Positions 39,000-47,925 of a stretch of DNA of 64,000 nt are shown piece by piece. The position numbers were made by a program, and so were the translations under genes. Where the stretch lies: positions 56,839 through 120,838 of IMG/VR virus record IMGVR_UViG_3300025934_000015. One strand, given 5' to 3'. The notes under the pieces were generated by a model that had not been told where the DNA came from, ran no database searches, and was given only the letters and a program-made list of their open reading frames with translations. This DNA comes from a virus. Its lineage: Duplodnaviria; Caudoviricetes. The number at the start of each line of letters is the position of its first letter. Within the stretch, counting starts at the first letter, position 1.

Positions 39000-39395
39000 T
39001 CATTCGCAGCCGACACCAGACGGGAGTGCGGTCTTGGGTACCGCGGCCAATGCTGGATTTCCCTTGTCGGTGATACTCCAGTAGAGGCACACGCCGGTGG
39101 TCTCAATCACGTAGATCGTATTGGTGTTGGTCAGCTTCCAGACCCGGGTGGTGGGGCCCGGGTCTGGCCGTTCAGCCGGGGGACAATCTGTCCAATAGCG
39201 GCCGTTGTAGCAGCGGTCGCCGCGCCGGGTGCCAGCCGTTGGCGGGCCGGTCCCGGGCGCGTCCTGGGCCAGCCCAGACGGTCCAGCGGCCAAGACCGGA
39301 CGGTCCGCCCGGGACACGGACACCCGCATGGCCACGGCCATGATCGTGATCATGCTGAGCAGCACCACGGCATCGAGCCAGTCTAGTCGCCGCAT
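39000..39395 (-). CDS. Membrane-anchored hypothetical protein
   Basis: MRRLDWLDAVVLLSMITIMAVAM; RBS GAGG. Confidence 0.55.
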   Translation of the reverse strand: MRRLDWLDAVVLLSMITIMAVAMRVSVSRADRPVLAAGPSGLAQDAPGTGPPTAGTRRGDRCYNGRYWTDCPPAERPDPGPTTRVWKLTNTNTIYVIETTGVCLYWSITDKGNPALAAVPKTALPSGVGCE

Positions 39396-39508
39396 TATCA
39401 CCGCCTCAGAATTCGCCAGACTAACCACCACGATACGAGGGCGAGCACGAGACCTAGTCCTAATGGCCACCCCGTATATTCATTTGTCGGCCAGTGCATG
39501 ACCAACAT

Positions 39509-39796
39509 TTAGTCGGCGCATATCTGCCGCCGATTGATCGCTTCGTTCATGCCAGCGAAGGTGGCGATGACCTTCTGGCGTTTCTGCCGTGCCGCTGAGA
39601 TCGCCAGGGACAGCTCGGCAATCTCCGCATCGACCGCATTGAGTTCACACTGTACGACGTTGCGCTTGCGGATGATGTCCGCCGTCGCGAGGTGTGTCAC
39701 GTCTTGCGTGACGGCGAGCGCCAGCATGTCCAGCTTCGACGGACGGCGCGGCGTATGCCCATTGGACTCTCGGGATCCACGGTGACGTTTCGACAT
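39509..39796 (-). CDS. Coiled-coil hypothetical protein
   Basis: RBS AAGGAG. Confidence 0.6.
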   Translation of the reverse strand: MSKRHRGSRESNGHTPRRPSKLDMLALAVTQDVTHLATADIIRKRNVVQCELNAVDAEIAELSLAISAARQKRQKVIATFAGMNEAINRRQICAD

Positions 39797-40178
39797 GACG
39801 CTCCTTGAACAGTAAATGGTGAAGGTAGATGCAGAGGAGAATGATAATCAGATAGACGGCAATGTCCGTCACTTCGATCTCGGTGTGCTCTACACCGTCC
39901 CGTCGAAGGTGGAGCACCAGGGACCAGCCGCTGATGATGCGTTTCAACATACAAATGGTTTCTGGTCCTGAGTGCGAGACTCCATTGCGACTGAAGCGCG
40001 TTAGCTGCCGGGTTATTTCTTCGACGTTGGACGTCTTAGGGCATCAGAGATCGCATGTCAGCCCGGTCATGATGAATGACCGTTCTCGGCTCTCCCAATG
40101 CTTCGCATCCTCACCGGCTCTCACGTCACAGCCCTCCGGCTAGTAGGAGTCATCACGTCTTCGCCCAGGACCAGAAAA

Positions 40179-40258
40179 TGGCAGGACAGGCCGGATTCGA
40201 ACCGACGAATCGGAGATTTGCAGCCTCCGCTGGATTTACCCATTACCAGAACTGTCCT
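40179..40258 (-). tRNA. tRNA with GCA (Cys) anticodon and a non-canonical acceptor (A1-U72, G73)
   Basis: Cloverleaf AGGACAG/CTGTCCT, CTGG/CCAG, GGAGG-CTGCAAA-TCTCC, GTCGG-TTCGAAT-CCGGC; encoded CCA. Confidence 0.9.
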
Positions 40259-40266
40259 ATTGAAAA

Positions 40267-40343
40267 TGGCGGCGGTGACAGGATTCGAACCTGCGAATCT
40301 ACGCTGCACAGGCGTAGCTGTTAGGCCACTTCAGCACACCGCA
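40267..40343 (-). tRNA. tRNA with GUG (His) anticodon, U1:C72 mismatch, G73 and C37
   Basis: TGCGGTG/CACCGCC, TACGC-CTGTGCA-GCGTA, GCAGG-TTCGAAT-CCTGT; encoded CCA. Confidence 0.85.
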
Positions 40344-40431
40344 TCATCTACGCTGCCACACCGGGCAACGGCCCAAGGACGCAGTCCCGTACACGTCCTC
40401 CCGCTGCGATCCCGGTGTGGCATTATCATGG

Positions 40432-40605
40432 TTACTTCGCGCGCACGGGCGCGGTATAGACGACCACCGCGATCATGCTCAACAGAATCAGCACGGTCAC
40501 GAGAGGCCCGGCCGATCCGTGCAGATCCACGACGGCACCGCGGATGAACAGCGCGAGGATCACGCCGAGGATCACGTTCGTGACGGCGGCGACGAGCGCT
40601 CTCAT
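40432..40605 (-). CDS. Small two-TM membrane protein
   Basis: MRALVAAVTNVILGVILALFI...PLVTVLILLSMIAVVVY. Confidence 0.6.
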   Translation of the reverse strand: MRALVAAVTNVILGVILALFIRGAVVDLHGSAGPLVTVLILLSMIAVVVYTAPVRAK

Positions 40606-41327
40606 TTGCCTGCCATCCCACCGAGTCCACTCAGCGATATACAGTCGAGATACTCGAACCACGCCGTTTCACTGCGGCCCAACCAGACCCCATTGCACGC
40701 CAGCCGACGGGCGGCGCGTTCCACGATCCCACGCTCGTCTTGATTGGCCTCGTTCATACACGCCTGCAGGTCATCCCACGCCGCGCTGACTTCGGTGGAA
40801 TAGCTACTGCCGCACCCAGCGCGCGTCCGCTGCCGGACCTTCACCAGTCCGAACGTTTTTGACATGTAGCGATCGGCCAGTCGGCGTGGCGCGTCCACGT
40901 CGCCACCGACCGCCACAGTAAACGCCACGGCGGTCAGCAGGGCCATGTCCGGTACGTCCAGGGTGCTCACGTCGATTTGCTCTGCGAGGAGCTGACGCGC
41001 CGCCATGACCGCTTCGGAGTCCGCGAGCAGCGCCTGCGCCTCCAGGAGTGTTTTGGCAGACGTTAGGTCCACGGTTTTGCCATTCCGCGTGACGCGCGTG
41101 CGATCGGGCCGTGCCTCGATGGTGAGACTATCGGTGCCGTACACCAGCGCGATGTCGATCCGGCCGGTTTTGTGGTTGCCTACCTTGCTGATTTGGAGTC
41201 CGTCGTAGTTGGCGACGAGCTGTGACAGATCGCCATTCCGTCCGCCGCGGATCTTGGGAACGTGGTCGCCTCCATAGCTTGCAGTTGCCGTGAGTGCCAG
41301 GATCAATGTACCCAGTAGTACTCGCAT
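40602..41327 (-). CDS. Secreted protein with C-terminal cysteines
   Basis: Signal peptide MRVLLGTLILALTATASYG; four Cys; RBS AAGGAG. Confidence 0.75.
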   Translation of the reverse strand: MRVLLGTLILALTATASYGGDHVPKIRGGRNGDLSQLVANYDGLQISKVGNHKTGRIDIALVYGTDSLTIEARPDRTRVTRNGKTVDLTSAKTLLEAQALLADSEAVMAARQLLAEQIDVSTLDVPDMALLTAVAFTVAVGGDVDAPRRLADRYMSKTFGLVKVRQRTRAGCGSSYSTEVSAAWDDLQACMNEANQDERGIVERAARRLACNGVWLGRSETAWFEYLDCISLSGLGGMAGK

Positions 41328-41387
41328 GTCCGACTCCTTGGTGAATGTTGCTCAACATTGCCCCAAGACATTCGTGCGCGACTCGGA

Positions 41388-41936
41388 TTATGCCTCCTTA
41401 CGTTCCGTGATCGTCAGCGATCGCAGGCGCTTTTCGCATTGCGTGATGGTTTCTGGGTTCATATGCATGGCCCCGCACATGCGGATGTAGAAGAGCAACC
41501 AAAACTGCGTCACCCGTCCACCATCGACATGAAAAAACCCGATGATCTCTGCACCGTGGATGAGATGCAGTAACCAATGATGGGGATACTGATCATGATC
41601 CCTACGAAACGCCATAATCGTGGCTTCGCCATTGGGCGGCAAACCGGAATAGTCGCCCATGAAATCGTCGCCGGGCGTGCCCTTCTCGTGCGCGTTGACG
41701 AGAATGGCGGCACGGTACGCGCGTGTCAGATCCTTGGCGAGCCCTTCTTTCGGCGCGTTGTCTGGCCCTCGCAGGGCCAGCAGGAGCGTGCCCTGCATGG
41801 CCAGTGGCAGCTCCGTAACCCAGGGCTGGAGGACGGACACGGGTCGTGGTGGACCGTGCAGGCAGTCTCTAATCAACGCGCACCGCGGACAATCGGCCCG
41901 GTCATGCACCCAATCAGGATGGTAGGGACAGCTCAC
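41388..41936 (-). CDS. Phage hypothetical protein (His-rich)
   Basis: SVLQPWV..LP..MQ..LL.A.RGPD; PHHW..HL.H.AEI.G; HMNPE. Confidence 0.7.
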   Translation of the reverse strand: MSCPYHPDWVHDRADCPRCALIRDCLHGPPRPVSVLQPWVTELPLAMQGTLLLALRGPDNAPKEGLAKDLTRAYRAAILVNAHEKGTPGDDFMGDYSGLPPNGEATIMAFRRDHDQYPHHWLLHLIHGAEIIGFFHVDGGRVTQFWLLFYIRMCGAMHMNPETITQCEKRLRSLTITERKEA

Positions 41937-41937
41937 G

Positions 41938-42717
41938 CTATTCCTCTAGCGATTTGAAGGACTCGAACATCTTGCGATATTTCTCGATGGTCGCCTGGAG
42001 TTTCTGATTGTCACTCTCGACCGATTCGACGTACTCGCGCACCAGCGCCAGTCCCGCAATCGAATCGTCAAGCACCTTCAGCGCCGAGAGGCGTTTGTTG
42101 ATCTCCGGAGCCACGGCGGATCCGGGGCGGTCCGTCATGCCGCGCTTGCGCTTGAACTTGGCAATCGACTGCGTGACGGACCCTAACGTCGTTTGGATGC
42201 CCTGCTCTTGCGCCAGTTTGAATAGCCGCCGTGCTTCCTCCGCGGTGGACTTCGTCGGGTCACACTGCGACGCGAGGTTAGCCACAGCGTTTTTGGGCGC
42301 AATGGTTTTCTTGGCGACCTCGGTGATCTTGGCGGCTTCCCCAACCGTGGCCGTGCCGGGTGCATGGCCATTACCATTCGACGAGGCCACGTGCTCTGTG
42401 ACCATCCGCGACGTCGCCACGATTTTCCGCAACTCGTTTTCTAGCGAGCCGGTCGTGGGCCGGTACATGGTAATGGTCTTGCGCCGCCGAACCTCGGTCA
42501 TGAGGCGGTCATAGAACCGTTTCGGCAGACCTTGCGTGGTCAGGAAGGCTTTGTTATTCGAGATAAAACACTTCTCGACATCCTGCGTGTCGAATTTGGC
42601 GGTCTCTAGCACGCGCACGCAGGGATGGTGCAGGTAGTCCACCGGACAATCAACACCTTTGCCGAGGAGCACGGTGACAACGCCGCCTTCGGCTAATGAG
42701 ACAACTTGATCTGGCAT
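41938..42717 (-). CDS. Hypothetical protein, basic with a C-terminal coiled coil
   Basis: RBS AAGGAG before MPDQ. Confidence 0.7.
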   Translation of the reverse strand: MPDQVVSLAEGGVVTVLLGKGVDCPVDYLHHPCVRVLETAKFDTQDVEKCFISNNKAFLTTQGLPKRFYDRLMTEVRRRKTITMYRPTTGSLENELRKIVATSRMVTEHVASSNGNGHAPGTATVGEAAKITEVAKKTIAPKNAVANLASQCDPTKSTAEEARRLFKLAQEQGIQTTLGSVTQSIAKFKRKRGMTDRPGSAVAPEINKRLSALKVLDDSIAGLALVREYVESVESDNQKLQATIEKYRKMFESFKSLEE

Positions 42718-43087
42718 AGCTCCTTCATTCGTTCGTGTGCGAGGTTTCACCCAGCGCGGTCCACGCTCGCCCAACACTCCACAGCAAAACGGCCACGCAT
42801 GCCCATGTCCGCACAGAATCATGGACAGCCACCGCCGCTGTCAACGCGCAGGACGCCGCCAGGGCCACGACGCTCCACAGCACTACGGCGCGCACGGCGA
42901 CGTCCCCGTCAGACGGAAGTACTCCGCCTTGTACATGGCTATCCGTTCGTGGAAGAACGCGCGGTCCGAGTCGCTGTTGAGTGGGTCAGCCACCGCCTGT
43001 GTATCGCGGACAATCTGATCCGCCAACGCCTGCGTCCACGGCACGGGCGTCGCCACGGCCGGAGCCGGATAGAGATCAGCAAACAGA

Positions 43088-43393
43088 TCACTTTGTGGCA
43101 CGATGCCCCCAATCCCGCAAGCGCTGATCAATGTAGTCGGTGACGGTCATCTGTCTGAGGTACTTCACCACGTGCACGTGCGTGACCTCGGTGCGTTCCC
43201 ACTCGTAGAGCAGATTCGATTGCCCACAGTGGCACACGACTTTATCATCGTGTGGCAGGCATTCGAGGATCCGGCCGGTGGTGGGGCACTGGTAGAATCC
43301 GCCCCACAGCCGCTGGTGAATAGCGATGAGCGCGGCGCGGTCAATGCGCGTGAGGTCAATGTGGGACGCGGGACGGTCTACGTAGTGGGGCAT
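43088..43393 (-). CDS. Hypothetical Cys/His protein
   Basis: Coupled ORF; CPTTG..LECL..DDKV.C.C. Confidence 0.5.
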   Translation of the reverse strand: MPHYVDRPASHIDLTRIDRAALIAIHQRLWGGFYQCPTTGRILECLPHDDKVVCHCGQSNLLYEWERTEVTHVHVVKYLRQMTVTDYIDQRLRDWGHRATK

Positions 43394-43587
43394 GACCCGA
43401 TCCAGATAAGCAGCGTGCCGTCTCGTCGTACCAGATCCGCGCGCACCAGCGCACGAATGCAGGAATCAAATTCCTCGGCGGTCAGCTCGGGCTGCATGAC
43501 GTCAAACAGCCGCGCGGCGTCCACCTCGGTGGCGGCGCGGATGGCCTCGGCCAGACCGACGACCGCGGGCACGGGCGTGGAAGTCAT
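43378..43587 (-). CDS. Small winged-helix-like protein
   Basis: F..CI.AL.RADLVRRDG.LL.W.G. Confidence 0.5.
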   Translation of the reverse strand: MTSTPVPAVVGLAEAIRAATEVDAARLFDVMQPELTAEEFDSCIRALVRADLVRRDGTLLIWIGSCPTT

Positions 43588-43608
43588 AGGGTTCCCATAG
43601 GTTGGCGG

Positions 43609-43638
43609 ACTCTACTATAGTTTAAAACCGGCTGTCAA
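43609..43638 (-). promoter_or_regulatory. Sigma70-type promoter
   Basis: TTGACA-18-TAGAGT. Confidence 0.6.
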
Positions 43639-43904
43639 GACCGGATTCCGTCAGGGACGCTTCTTGACGGTGACGATGTTGAAGCGCGCATAGTGAAAGA
43701 CGTCCCAACTGATCCGACACCGCGTACATCCGACACGTCGTCGTACATAGCGTTTGCCGGGTGTCCATCCACACAGATGATTAAACAATCGATAGGCAAT
43801 GCGATGACGCTTACTTGTCCGACACCTCGGACATTGAATAAGCGCGTTCACCATTGCTAAGACCATTCTGTGGTGAACAAACGCATCGGGCGTGAGGTGC
43901 GCCA

Positions 43905-44342
43905 TTACACCCGCTTTCGAAAGAACCCGTAGACGCAGCGACGTCCGTCGCGCGTGGGATCGTGTGTGTCGAAGATAACGCCGTCGATGACGGCCACGAC
44001 GTGTTTCGACACCTGCACAATCAACCGGCCGGGTGGTAGCTCCTCGGCGCACAGATGGACCGTGCAGCCGCTGCCAATGCGCATGGTGGGCACCCACTCC
44101 CAGCCGAGGTCCACCAGCAGACGCTTCCAGGTCTCCTTGTAAACGCCACTGCGCGCGTGACTGCGACTGCGGCCCTGCCGAGGGCGTTCACACTGTGCCA
44201 GTGCGTTGATCTGATCATAGACCCAGCGGTAGTCCCGCCCCGTGGCAATGGCAATCGCGCGGGTCACGCAGTCGCCCGGAGCCTTGGCGGCAAAGCCCGC
44301 GGCTGTGCGACCCCCATCGTCGTAGACGTAGCGTGCGGCCAT
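43905..44342 (-). CDS. Phage protein with a GDCV.RAI motif (possible Cys-His-Asp fold)
   Basis: GDCVTRAIAIATG; HVVAVIDG..DTHD. Confidence 0.7.
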   Translation of the reverse strand: MAARYVYDDGGRTAAGFAAKAPGDCVTRAIAIATGRDYRWVYDQINALAQCERPRQGRSRSHARSGVYKETWKRLLVDLGWEWVPTMRIGSGCTVHLCAEELPPGRLIVQVSKHVVAVIDGVIFDTHDPTRDGRRCVYGFFRKRV

Positions 44343-44344
44343 GA

Positions 44345-44659
44345 TCAGCGCTCCTCGACCAGCCGATACCGACCAATCCGTTGCACGGGATTGGCCAGCG
44401 CCCACTGTGGCAGATGCCGGTCCAGATGGTCTGCCTTCTCGCGCGTGATGCCTGCGTCGCCGCTGACTGTGCTGACGTCGGCCCACTGGTGCCCGTCGTC
44501 CTCGGCCCGCCGAATGGCGACGTAGATAATCGGGTTCCGGAGTTCCATGGCTTGCTCCGTGGCCTTCCGGCCTTCTTCCGCCAGGACCTTGTGATGCGCA
44601 TCCATGGCGGTAATTTCTTCAGGTGACAGACGTGTGAAAATCGACTGACGGCGTGCCAT
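44345..44659 (-). CDS. Hypothetical protein
   Basis: RBS GGAG before MARRQ. Confidence 0.6.
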   Translation of the reverse strand: MARRQSIFTRLSPEEITAMDAHHKVLAEEGRKATEQAMELRNPIIYVAIRRAEDDGHQWADVSTVSGDAGITREKADHLDRHLPQWALANPVQRIGRYRLVEER

Positions 44660-44756
44660 GGCTACTCCAGTCCCTCCCGCCACATCGGGCGGGAGGCCAG
44701 TTTGTTGGTCATCAATCGCTGCCAGAACGCAAGTATGACGGTCAGCATGATCATCC

Positions 44757-45452
44757 TTAGAAGGGCATGTCGAGAAATTCTTCCGTCGTGGCCGTCGCCG
44801 TGTCGTCGTCGACGTCCTCGGCCACCACGGGCACCACGGTCTTGAGCGCGGGCGTGCCCTTCGGCGTATGCGGCAGGCCGTAGTTGTCAGCGCAGATAGG
44901 ACCGTAGCCGACTTCCACCGACCCGGCGTCCTCCAGCTTGAGGTTACAGAAGGAGCAGTGGCAGTAGAGCGCGCCATACGCCTTGGCGGCGACCGCGGGC
45001 GCGGCGGCAATTGTGGTCAGCAGGGTCAGGACGTCCACGCGGCGCGTCAGGTCGCCGCGCACGGTGCCGTCCACGGCAATGGACCCCAGGTACTCGTCGC
45101 GGAGATAGACGAAGACCGCGCCTGGGTTCTTGCTGGACGCCTTCGCCAGCGTTAGGCGGAGTTCCGCATTCTGCGGCCCGAGGAAACGCACGTTGGGCTG
45201 CTTGACGGTCACGGCGCGTTTGCCGGTCTTGGCGGCACGCTCGGCGGCACGCTCCTGGGCGCGGGTGTAGGCGGCGCGCAGAAACGCGGCAATCGGTGCG
45301 GCGTCCGCCTTGACCGGCGCAGCCTTCGCCACACAGTCGGCCGCGTTGACGTGCGTGGAACCTTCGCTGCGCTCCCAATTGATGGTCTGGCCGACCGCGA
45401 TACGGCCGTTGCACTTCTTACAGAACCCCGCAAACCGTGAATTGATGATCAT
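44757..45452 (-). CDS. DUF6011-like zinc-finger protein
   Basis: C-terminal CSFCNLKLED..SVE.GYGPICA; N-terminal CKKC. Confidence 0.8.
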   Translation of the reverse strand: MIINSRFAGFCKKCNGRIAVGQTINWERSEGSTHVNAADCVAKAAPVKADAAPIAAFLRAAYTRAQERAAERAAKTGKRAVTVKQPNVRFLGPQNAELRLTLAKASSKNPGAVFVYLRDEYLGSIAVDGTVRGDLTRRVDVLTLLTTIAAAPAVAAKAYGALYCHCSFCNLKLEDAGSVEVGYGPICADNYGLPHTPKGTPALKTVVPVVAEDVDDDTATATTEEFLDMPF

Positions 45453-45458
45453 GGATAC

Positions 45459-45487
45459 AGCATATCGGGTCGTTCGACGTACGTCAA
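45459..45487 (-). promoter_or_regulatory. Sigma70 promoter, apparently leaderless
   Basis: TTGACG-17-TATGCT-6 nt-ATG. Confidence 0.75.
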
Positions 45488-45530
45488 GCCACCAAATGCG
45501 TGATCCCATAAGTCCAATATTATCAATAGG

Positions 45531-45992
45531 TTAGCGGACCGGCCATGACGGACCCTCGGGTACCAGCGGCCCGAGGAGAAATTCCTCGTGGTAGCGCGCG
45601 TGCCACCAGCCGCCGCCCTGAAAATACCGCAGCGGTTTGCGATCGCCCAACCGGAGCGCGTCATACGTGCCGGAGGACACGCTGGTGGTAAACCGTTCGG
45701 TCGCGTCCTCGTACCGAATGGCCCACGACGGCGGAATCCAGTCGGTCGTGCACGACACGTGGCCTTTGCCGTCCGTGTTGCACGTGGTGTCGTAGTGACC
45801 CGGGTGGTAGGCTTTATCGATGATCGTGACCTCGGTGACCTGCGGCGTAGACGTCCACCAGTCCTGGGCGCACGATCCGCAGAGCACGAGGATCACGACG
45901 ATGGCCAGCGCGCCGAACAGCCACGACCAGTGATAATCGTCGTACACGATCACTCCGTCAAACGCGGAAACTTCTGAAGCCGCTTGAGACAT
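45531..45992 (-). CDS. Membrane-anchored hypothetical protein
   Basis: TM segment WLFGALAIVVILVLC; start uncertain. Confidence 0.6.
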   Translation of the reverse strand: MSQAASEVSAFDGVIVYDDYHWSWLFGALAIVVILVLCGSCAQDWWTSTPQVTEVTIIDKAYHPGHYDTTCNTDGKGHVSCTTDWIPPSWAIRYEDATERFTTSVSSGTYDALRLGDRKPLRYFQGGGWWHARYHEEFLLGPLVPEGPSWPVR

Positions 45993-46179
45993 GCGGCGCA
46001 CTGCTGTTCAATGAACAGATCCACGTCCCACCCGTACCGGGGCAGCGTGCCGCAGACCGCGCGCCGACGGCCGATCGACATTCGTGTCTCGGTCGTCTGG
46101 CACGACACGGCGTGCGTACGCCAGCCCTTGTGTGTGCCGTTCGGACGTCCGGCCGTGGTCAGCCACTGGATGGGCATGG

Positions 46180-46302
46180 CTACTTGGCGTTTTTCAGGTA
46201 CGTGCTGTCGCAGTGCGGACACGTCCACGCCGGTTCGGCCAGCGTGGGATGCTGCTTCAGGATCGCCTCCACATTGCGCTTGCACATCATGCACCATTTC
46301 AT
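46180..46302 (-). CDS. Small zinc-ribbon protein (40 aa)
   Basis: CMMC...CPHC; RBS GAGG. Confidence 0.55.
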   Translation of the reverse strand: MKWCMMCKRNVEAILKQHPTLAEPAWTCPHCDSTYLKNAK

Positions 46303-46305
46303 GGG

Positions 46306-46470
46306 TCACCTCACCAGATCGCGCAGCGCATTGGCGGCAGTCCACGCTTCCTTGAGCCCGCAGCCGGTCTGTTCGCGTAGGTACTTGATCGACTCGATGA
46401 AGTAACCATTGCGAATGAGCGTCATGGCCACATCAGCAATGCGCCGCCACTCCTGTTTGGTCAGCGTCAT
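46306..46470 (-). CDS. Ribosomal protein bL12 (L7/L12) C-terminal-domain-like mini-protein (54 aa)
   Basis: IESIKYLREQTGCGLKEA resembles I..IK.VR..TGLGLKEAK; RBS GGGAG; below the ORF-track size cutoff. Confidence 0.65.
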   Translation of the reverse strand: MTLTKQEWRRIADVAMTLIRNGYFIESIKYLREQTGCGLKEAWTAANALRDLVR

Positions 46471-46850
46471 GCGGGCACTCCCTGCCAGTACTTACGATAG
46501 TCGGGGTGGTCGGTGCCCTCGCGACGGCGCTGAGTGACGCCAGACCGCAGCAGACGGCCGGGGTCGGTTTCGCGGTTGATCACCTCGGTGACGCGGGACT
46601 CGGCAATGATCGTGACCTGTGTGGTCGGCCAGATCGTGTACTCCTCGAACCCGAGGTAGCGCATGAGTCCGCCGGTATACGTGTAGTCCGACGTATGCAC
46701 GTAGGGCCGGAACAGGGTAATCACCTCGTCGGTGATGTTGACGACTGTGGACTGGGTGTACTCGACGCCACGGAGTACTTGAACCTCGATGACGTCGCCC
46801 ATTCGCAGATCGCGCGCGAGGCACGTATATGGCACAGTGGTAATGTTCAT
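46467..46850 (-). CDS. Hypothetical protein
   Basis: ATGA-coupled ORF. Confidence 0.6.
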   Translation of the reverse strand: MNITTVPYTCLARDLRMGDVIEVQVLRGVEYTQSTVVNITDEVITLFRPYVHTSDYTYTGGLMRYLGFEEYTIWPTTQVTIIAESRVTEVINRETDPGRLLRSGVTQRRREGTDHPDYRKYWQGVPA

Positions 46851-47083
46851 GATGTAGCCTTAGCGGTGTCGAAGCGCGCCAGCACGCGCTCCAGGGTGGT
46901 CTTGCGGGCTTCGAGCTGAATAATCATGCTGTAGAGATTGACGCAGGGTCCGGCGAAATCGTAACCGCGACGACGGTTGTTCGCGGCCTCCCGCTCGATG
47001 ACCTCCAGCTTCGACGCCCATTCACGGGTGACCTCGGTGAGTTCGTGCCGCAGGTCCGTGAGAATCTCGGTGACGGTATCCAT
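46847..47083 (-). CDS. Hypothetical coiled-coil protein
   Basis: ATG 7 nt after a -10 box. Confidence 0.6.
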   Translation of the reverse strand: MDTVTEILTDLRHELTEVTREWASKLEVIEREAANNRRRGYDFAGPCVNLYSMIIQLEARKTTLERVLARFDTAKATS

Positions 47084-47090
47084 GTCTACG

Positions 47091-47119
47091 ATCCTAGCAG
47101 GCGTGCGCGAGCCTGTCAA
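47091..47119 (-). promoter_or_regulatory. Sigma70 promoter, apparently leaderless
   Basis: TTGACA-17-TAGGAT-7 nt-ATG. Confidence 0.75.
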
Positions 47120-47121
47120 CA

Positions 47122-47514
47122 TCAAAATCCGCGGTAGGGTTCGTACCGCAATTCGGCGCGCTGGATGGTTGCGAGGACGTGAATGGCGTACTGCACGTGG
47201 CGCGCATCGGGGTCTGGTGCGTGTTGCACCATCTTTTCCAAGGCGTCGTACAGCTCCGGTGCGTGTTCCAGCAGCGAGTAGAGCGCGCGGATTTTGTTGC
47301 CATCGAAGCCATCCCGGGTGCCATCGCCTACCACCATGCCGCCTTCGAGGAGAGAATATCCGCCATCGACTGGTCGGCCCTCGTCATCGTTGTCCGGATC
47401 CCACGAGCGGATATCTACGTAGGGCGCAAAGTCGCCGGGCGTGTCGGTGTGGCCCTGTTTATCACCCGCGTGAATGCGGATGGCCAAGGCTTCCGGCCAG
47501 AGCGTCGTTCTCAT
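47122..47514 (-). CDS. Hypothetical protein
   Basis: RBS AAGGAG; HAPELYDALE tail. Confidence 0.6.
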   Translation of the reverse strand: MRTTLWPEALAIRIHAGDKQGHTDTPGDFAPYVDIRSWDPDNDDEGRPVDGGYSLLEGGMVVGDGTRDGFDGNKIRALYSLLEHAPELYDALEKMVQHAPDPDARHVQYAIHVLATIQRAELRYEPYRGF

Positions 47515-47726
47515 GAAAAATACTCCTTGGCCGCTTGCTCAGACGTGAAGCGGATCGTTTCTTCGACGTAGACCGCTTTGTCGGTGATGGTGACGCGCTC
47601 GCACGTGACCGTGGGACCGTCCTTACCGACCTCGATTCGGTCATCGGTGTGCGGACACGCCACCAGTTGTACCGTTTTGTGCGCCTTCCAGAATCCCACG
47701 CCGACGGTTACATGGACGGTAATCAT
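47511..47726 (-). CDS. Hypothetical protein
   Basis: ATG 8 nt after a -10 box. Confidence 0.55.
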   Translation of the reverse strand: MITVHVTVGVGFWKAHKTVQLVACPHTDDRIEVGKDGPTVTCERVTITDKAVYVEETIRFTSEQAAKEYFS

Positions 47727-47734
47727 GATGGTTC

Positions 47735-47763
47735 ACTCTAGCGGTATACGAAACGTCTGTCAA
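47735..47763 (-). promoter_or_regulatory. Sigma70 promoter, apparently leaderless
   Basis: TTGACA-17-TAGAGT-8 nt-ATG. Confidence 0.7.
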
Positions 47764-47925
47764 TCGCAAAATCACCGCAGGACCGAAAGGTGCAGCGAAT
47801 GTCCAGATTCCGGAAGAATTATCATCAAACCGTCTAGGATGGCGTCTGGGCGTGGTTAATGGCCACTGGCCAAACCTCCGTGACGAATTGTAGACGCGCC
47901 CATATGGAGCCGTCCCCAGCCGGTC

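Noticed and set aside
38990-39010. Bidirectional terminator at the convergence of the two gene blocks
   Set aside because: The stop codons abut directly (TGA/TCA) and no hairpin with a U-tract is evident.
40076-40547. ORFs overlapping the tRNA pair
   Set aside because: Explained by the tRNA genes; no RBS or protein-like features.
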